From Methylobacillus sp. (GTDB lineage: Bacteria > Pseudomonadota > Gammaproteobacteria > Burkholderiales > Methylophilaceae): a stretch of DNA of 64,000 nucleotides. Where the stretch lies: the NCBI RefSeq assembly GCF_036844465.1, contig NZ_DAIUFW010000009.1, positions 4,839 through 68,838 on the forward strand, written 5' to 3'. Below the pieces are notes generated by a model that was not told the DNA's origin, did no database searches, and was given only the letters and a program-made list of their open reading frames with translations. Shown here one piece after another: positions 60,624 through 64,000 of this stretch; positions within the stretch are counted from its first letter, which is position 1; each line of letters begins with the position of its first letter. Both the position numbers and the translations under genes were made by a program.

Positions 60624-61244
60624 ATGTTTTTTGTGATGGAAAACGGTGGCCTGTACAGCGAGTTTGTTGCGCTTGAGGCCGCGGTGGACATGGCCGAGAT
60701 GGTCTTTGGCTATGTCGATCCTCAAGGGGAAGCGACTGTATCGGTCGAAAATGCGGAGGGTAAGTGCGTTGCTGTGTTCACGAACCGCAAGATCATCGGC
60801 AGCTTCACAAAACAGGCATGGGGCGGTCGAAAGGGCGACGACGCAATCTATGTCGGTACGGAGGAGTTTGATGCAACCGACCATGTTCTGTTGCTCGATC
60901 ACGCCGAGCTAGTCGCCCTGGTCGACGGAGAGGAGCGTACGGACGAGGTCGGCCTGGCGCACTTCGACTGGCGTGGCCCCAGCGAAACTGCTGTGTGCGA
61001 GTCGATCTGCGATTACTTCGGCGTGCAGGAGCTCGAACAGATCTCACCCGAAGCGCTCTCGTTTGCACGTGCCCGCAGGAGCCCGAAGCCGGCCGTTGAG
61101 CAGACGCTGACGTTGAGCATCAAGGTCGATGTCTCGATGATCGGCGATGCGACCCTTGAGGATTTCGTCGAAAACCTCGACTACAGCGTGATCTCGAACA
61201 CCCCTGGGGTTCGGGTTCGCATGACTGAGCTGGTCGACGCCTAG
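60624..61244 (+). CDS. Hypothetical protein
   Basis: ATG 60624 has SD aaggag. 206 aa. Confidence 0.55.
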   Translation: MFFVMENGGLYSEFVALEAAVDMAEMVFGYVDPQGEATVSVENAEGKCVAVFTNRKIIGSFTKQAWGGRKGDDAIYVGTEEFDATDHVLLLDHAELVALVDGEERTDEVGLAHFDWRGPSETAVCESICDYFGVQELEQISPEALSFARARRSPKPAVEQTLTLSIKVDVSMIGDATLEDFVENLDYSVISNTPGVRVRMTELVDA

Positions 61245-61262
61245 ACGTTCACCGCCCATCCC

Positions 61263-61305
61263 AAAGCCCGCTTTGCCTCTGTTTTCAGGGGCTGGCGGGC
61301 TTTTT
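61263..61305 (+). terminator. Intrinsic terminator
   Basis: aaagcccgc ... gcgggcttt followed by ttt. Confidence 0.7.
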
Positions 61306-61319
61306 ACATTCAGCTTGAT

Positions 61320-61359
61320 GCATCTCCCGGTTGCAGCACTAACCAACCAGGAGAAGGAA
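61320..61359 (+). promoter_or_regulatory. Conserved leader module
   Basis: GCATCTCCCGGTTGCAGCACTAAC. Pairing 61321-61330 / 61347-61356 gives 8 of 10 bp. Confidence 0.6.
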
Positions 61360-63033
61360 ATGCAAACCGTTCAGATCTCGGAAATTGTCGTTGGCAACAA
61401 CCCGCGGAAGTTCTTTGACCCTGCGGAGATGGAGGAGCTGACCGCTTCGATCCGCGAGAAGGGGGTCATCCAGCCGATTCTCGTTCGTCCCTTGCTGGAC
61501 GGCGGGTACCAGGTTGTCGCTGGTGGTCGCCGCTACGCGGCAGCTAAGGCGGCACATGGGGATGACTACCCCATGCCCGTTGTCATCAAGGATCTGGACG
61601 ACGATGAAGCCGAAGAACTGGCGCTCATCGAAAACGTTCAGCGGGCGGACATGTCGCCAGCAGAGGAAGCTGAGGCGGCCGCGAAAATCCTGGCTCGCTC
61701 AGAAGGTGATCGGGACGATGCAGCGCGGCGCCTTGGCTGGAGTCGGGCCACCCTCGACAAACGCCTGGGCCTGATGAACGCCACGGACGCAGTTCGCTCT
61801 GCGCTCGCTGAGCGTCGCATCAAGTTGGGCCACGCCGAGTTGTTGGCGGGTCTTCCGCGACCAAAGCAAGACGCTGTTCTTGGGGCACTTCTCAAGGCTC
61901 CCGAGCTTGTCGGTGTCGGTGAGTTCAAGCAGCAAATCCAGAAGCTCGCCAACGCGTTGTCGACGGCGGTATTCGACAAGACGGAGTGTGCGCAATGCCC
62001 CCACAGCAGCGGGAATCAGCAAGCGCTCTTTGGGGAGGCCGTCGAAGATGGCCATTGCACCAACCGTGAGTGCTGGGACGGAAAGACCGAAGCGGCGCTC
62101 GACGAGATTCGCAAAGGGCTTATCGAGGACTTTCCTGAAGTCAGGATTGTTCGCCCCGGTGAGAACTTCACCGTCATCAAGCTCGTCGCCGAAGGTGGTT
62201 CTGGCGTCGGTGATGTTCAGGCTCAGGCCTGCCGTTCCTGCGGCAAGTTTGGGGCGGCCATCAGCGCGGTGCCCGGCAAGGTGGGCAAGGTCTTCAAGGA
62301 CTTGTGCTTCGACTCTGCATGTAACGCCGAGAAGGTGAAGGCGAATCATCAGGCGATCGTTGCAGCCGCTCAACCGGCTCAACCCGCTGCGCCTACCCCG
62401 GGAGCAACAACGACTGGCTCAGCGAGCAACACATCGCCCGCTGCGAAACCTGTAACTCAGAAGAAGGCTGCTGAGGTGCAGGACTCCACGCGGGTCAAGG
62501 AGTATCGGGCGAAGGTCTGGCGATCTGCATTGGCCAAGCACCTCTACATGAATCCCGAAGTTGGGGAGCGTGTTCTGCTTGCCCTTTGCATGAGTGGGGA
62601 TGCGCGTCACATCAGCGCAACTCAGCTTGGCAAAGCGTTCGCCAAGCTCACTCAAGGGACGTCGTCCAGTCTGTCTTTGACAGTGGCGCTGACCCAGGTC
62701 GGTGAAGCAAGCGACGAGGTTGTCTCCAAGCTGAAGGTCATGTTGCCGGCCGCAACCGCAGAGGGGCTCGAGGAGCACAAGGTGGTCGCGCTGCTCAACG
62801 AGCTGAAGGTGAACCTCGCGGATCACTGGACGCTTAACGCCGACTACCTGGGGTTGCTCACCAAGAGTGAGATCAAGGTCGTGGCCGAGCAAATCGGGCT
62901 TGCCGCACATATGGGCAAGGATCTGGACAAGGCTCTCGGGGAGAAGAAGGACGAGTGCGTCAAGAAGCTGTTGGCCGTATCGGGCTTTGACTATGCCGGG
63001 AAGCTTCCGGCGAACGTGATGTGGAAGGCGTAA
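61360..63033 (+). CDS. ParB-family protein (PRTRC-associated type)
   Basis: ParB N-domain IQPILVRP...YQVVAGGRRYAAAKAA. A Cys cluster sits mid-protein. Followed by PRTRC E- and C-like genes. Confidence 0.8.
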   Translation: MQTVQISEIVVGNNPRKFFDPAEMEELTASIREKGVIQPILVRPLLDGGYQVVAGGRRYAAAKAAHGDDYPMPVVIKDLDDDEAEELALIENVQRADMSPAEEAEAAAKILARSEGDRDDAARRLGWSRATLDKRLGLMNATDAVRSALAERRIKLGHAELLAGLPRPKQDAVLGALLKAPELVGVGEFKQQIQKLANALSTAVFDKTECAQCPHSSGNQQALFGEAVEDGHCTNRECWDGKTEAALDEIRKGLIEDFPEVRIVRPGENFTVIKLVAEGGSGVGDVQAQACRSCGKFGAAISAVPGKVGKVFKDLCFDSACNAEKVKANHQAIVAAAQPAQPAAPTPGATTTGSASNTSPAAKPVTQKKAAEVQDSTRVKEYRAKVWRSALAKHLYMNPEVGERVLLALCMSGDARHISATQLGKAFAKLTQGTSSSLSLTVALTQVGEASDEVVSKLKVMLPAATAEGLEEHKVVALLNELKVNLADHWTLNADYLGLLTKSEIKVVAEQIGLAAHMGKDLDKALGEKKDECVKKLLAVSGFDYAGKLPANVMWKA

Positions 63034-63095
63034 CGCCTTTTTCAATGCAGGAAGGCCTGGTTGCAGGCCAGGCCCTTAAATCAAGGAGAAATGGG

Positions 63096-63572
63096 ATGTT
63101 TGAAACGTTGAAGTCGTTCCTGGCGAGCAATACCGCCACCCTGATGCTGACGTCAGAGGGTGACCAGATCACCGTCACGGTGATCCCAAAACCCAAAGCG
63201 GAAGGTGATCCGGCGCTGAAGACGCCCCTGGTGATCTCCGGCACCACTGCGGAGCTCGACGAGGGCTTTGCCGGTGTGCTGGCGGGCTACGTGAGTGCTC
63301 ACAAGAGCCTTGCAGAGCAGCTGGCCGAAACCCAAGCGGTCCTGGATCGCGCAAAGAAGGAAAGCGCGGCCAAGGCGGTCAAGGGGGCACCCAAGGCAGC
63401 AGGGCCCAAAGCGGTGACGCTCGATGAGCTCACTGACGAAGGCGATGAGGACGTCGATGGTGATGCTGAGGAAGTGGGTGAGGCGCAAGCCAAGCCTGCG
63501 GCTGTTCAACAACCAGTTGCCAAGGCCAAGACGGAAGTCTCTTCCGCGCTTGACCTGGCCAGCCTGCTTTAA
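63096..63572 (+). CDS. PRTRC system protein E-like (by position and composition)
   Basis: 158 aa with SD aaggag and a Lys/Ala/acidic C-terminal half. Sits between ParB and the protein C-like gene. Confidence 0.45.
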   Translation: MFETLKSFLASNTATLMLTSEGDQITVTVIPKPKAEGDPALKTPLVISGTTAELDEGFAGVLAGYVSAHKSLAEQLAETQAVLDRAKKESAAKAVKGAPKAAGPKAVTLDELTDEGDEDVDGDAEEVGEAQAKPAAVQQPVAKAKTEVSSALDLASLL

Positions 63573-63581
63573 GGGGGCGTC

Positions 63582-63791
63582 ATGGCGATCCAAGTTGAAG
63601 AAGCCGTTCGCGAGTTCCACTACAACGGAACCTGTCTTGGTGATCCGGGTAAGGGGATGTCGGTAAATCAGGTTCGGGATCTTTACTCCGCAACCTTCCC
63701 GGAGCTCACAAGCGCGGTGGTCGAAGGGCCGACGCGAAAGGGGAACAGGTTGATCTACGAATTCCGGCGTGCAGCAGGCACAAAGGGGTGA
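63582..63791 (+). CDS. PRTRC system protein C-like (small ubiquitin-like)
   Basis: 69 aa. The pattern F.Y.G..L.DP...MS..QV...YS..FPEL...V ... Y.F and the size match my memory of PRTRC protein C. Confidence 0.55.
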   Translation: MAIQVEEAVREFHYNGTCLGDPGKGMSVNQVRDLYSATFPELTSAVVEGPTRKGNRLIYEFRRAAGTKG

Positions 63792-63850
63792 TTTATGAGT
63801 TCGCTGAAGGATAGGCTTGAGGCCATCTCCAAAGGCGAAATCATCGAGAC

Positions 63851-63881
63851 GGGAAGCACAGTTTCTGTGCTTCCCGTTTTT
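63851..63881 (+). terminator. Intrinsic terminator
   Basis: gggaagcaca / tgtgcttccc with a 5-nt loop, followed by gttttt. Confidence 0.8.
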
Positions 63882-63901
63882 AATGATAAGGAGATGACGA
63901 A

Positions 63902-64000
63902 ATGCGTTGCCGCACTTTTGCAGTTAGTCGAAAGCTCACAGAGGAGTTCGGCGTCAGCGGTTCGGCTCCGGCCCCCGTCCAACGCCATTCACATGATCCT
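63902..64000 (+). CDS. Partial CDS (5' end), possibly the next PRTRC gene
   Basis: SD aaggag 8 nt upstream of ATG 63902. Translation MRCRTFAVSRKLTEEFGVSGSAPAPVQRHSHDP, open to the window edge. Confidence 0.3.
   Translation, partial: MRCRTFAVSRKLTEEFGVSGSAPAPVQRHSHDP

Larger units (their letters stand above)
1..64000. mobile_element. Internal segment of a conjugative element (plasmid or ICE): F-type T4SS, MobH-type relaxase, parAB, rep-like genes, tyrosine recombinase, PRTRC genes; ends not in window
   Basis: Gene content listed below. No att sites, tRNA genes or IS elements were recognised, so plasmid versus ICE cannot be decided. Confidence 0.8.

Noticed and set aside
43762-61343. The recurrent GCATCTC-N5-GTGCAG element read as a sigma-54 (-24/-12) promoter.
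   Set aside because: The TGC of TGCAG resembles a -12 box, but the invariant GG of the -24 box is missing (GCAT instead of TGGCAC). The spacing between the two halves is about 2 nt longer than the strict sigma-54 spacing.
45222-61343. The YAAC / RYYYAAC-like tail of the element read as integron attC inverse-core sites (a gene-cassette array).
   Set aside because: Only some copies fit RYYYAAC. In integrons the ORF is preceded by GTTRRRY rather than its complement. No intI-type integrase or attI is present.
63795-64000. An open frame starting at ATG 63795 right after the PRTRC C-like gene.
   Set aside because: It runs straight through a strong intrinsic terminator (63851-63881). It is followed by a good SD plus ATG (63902) in another frame, so the latter is the more likely gene.
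1-64000. A search for tRNA or rRNA genes, CRISPR arrays, IS elements or transposases, and long exact repeats.
   Set aside because: Nothing convincing was seen by eye. This is a limited manual scan rather than a computed search.

Overview
This 64-kb window is an internal segment of a large conjugative element, either a plasmid or an ICE. No element ends, tRNA or rRNA genes, IS elements or CRISPR arrays were recognised. GC looks about 55-58% by eye.

Layout:
- 1-3.2 kb (minus strand): a traD-type coupling protein operon.
- 3.3-27.1 kb (plus strand): a nearly complete F-type (MPF-F, SXT/R391-IncA/C-R27-like) type IV secretion system. Gene order is dsbC-traW-traU-trbC-traN, then traL-E-K-B-V-A-C, trbI, an S26 peptidase, and traF-H-G.
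- 8.7-13.7 kb: a non-canonical block that interrupts the T4SS. It holds a Sel1 protein, a lytic transglycosylase, a GspE/PilB-type ATPase with a C-terminal MshEN-like motif pair, a Tat-signal DsbA-like protein and an OmpA-like protein.
- 28-35.7 kb: topoisomerase III, parA-parB, and two convergent paralogous rep-like genes. Each rep-like gene faces a predicted counter-transcribed small RNA.
- 35.9-39.0 kb (minus strand): a tightly coupled operon encoding two membrane proteins, a KfrA-like coiled-coil protein, a TM/Pro-rich protein and a bactofilin.
- 39.4-43.7 kb: an HTH protein, a tyrosine recombinase with a candidate core site upstream, a sigma-region-2/XRE fusion protein and a LuxR-type solo.
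- 43.8-64 kb: almost entirely plus-strand. Genes are a primase, KTSC, YqaJ exonuclease, an SSB-like protein, a MobH/HD relaxase, a nucleoside deoxyribosyltransferase-like protein, a CobT-like vWA protein with a MoxR/CobS-like AAA ATPase, an RHH/MazF-like pair, many hypotheticals, and the start of a PRTRC cluster (ParB, E, C).

The most unusual signal is a ~25-nt leader element upstream of at least 14 of the genes in 43.8-63.1 kb. Its consensus is GCATCTC-N5-GTGCAG-N3-YAAC. The pyrimidine half of each copy co-varies with that gene's own Shine-Dalgarno region, and most of these genes are also separated by intrinsic terminators.

All functional calls come from reading the translations and motifs by eye. 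No database search was run.
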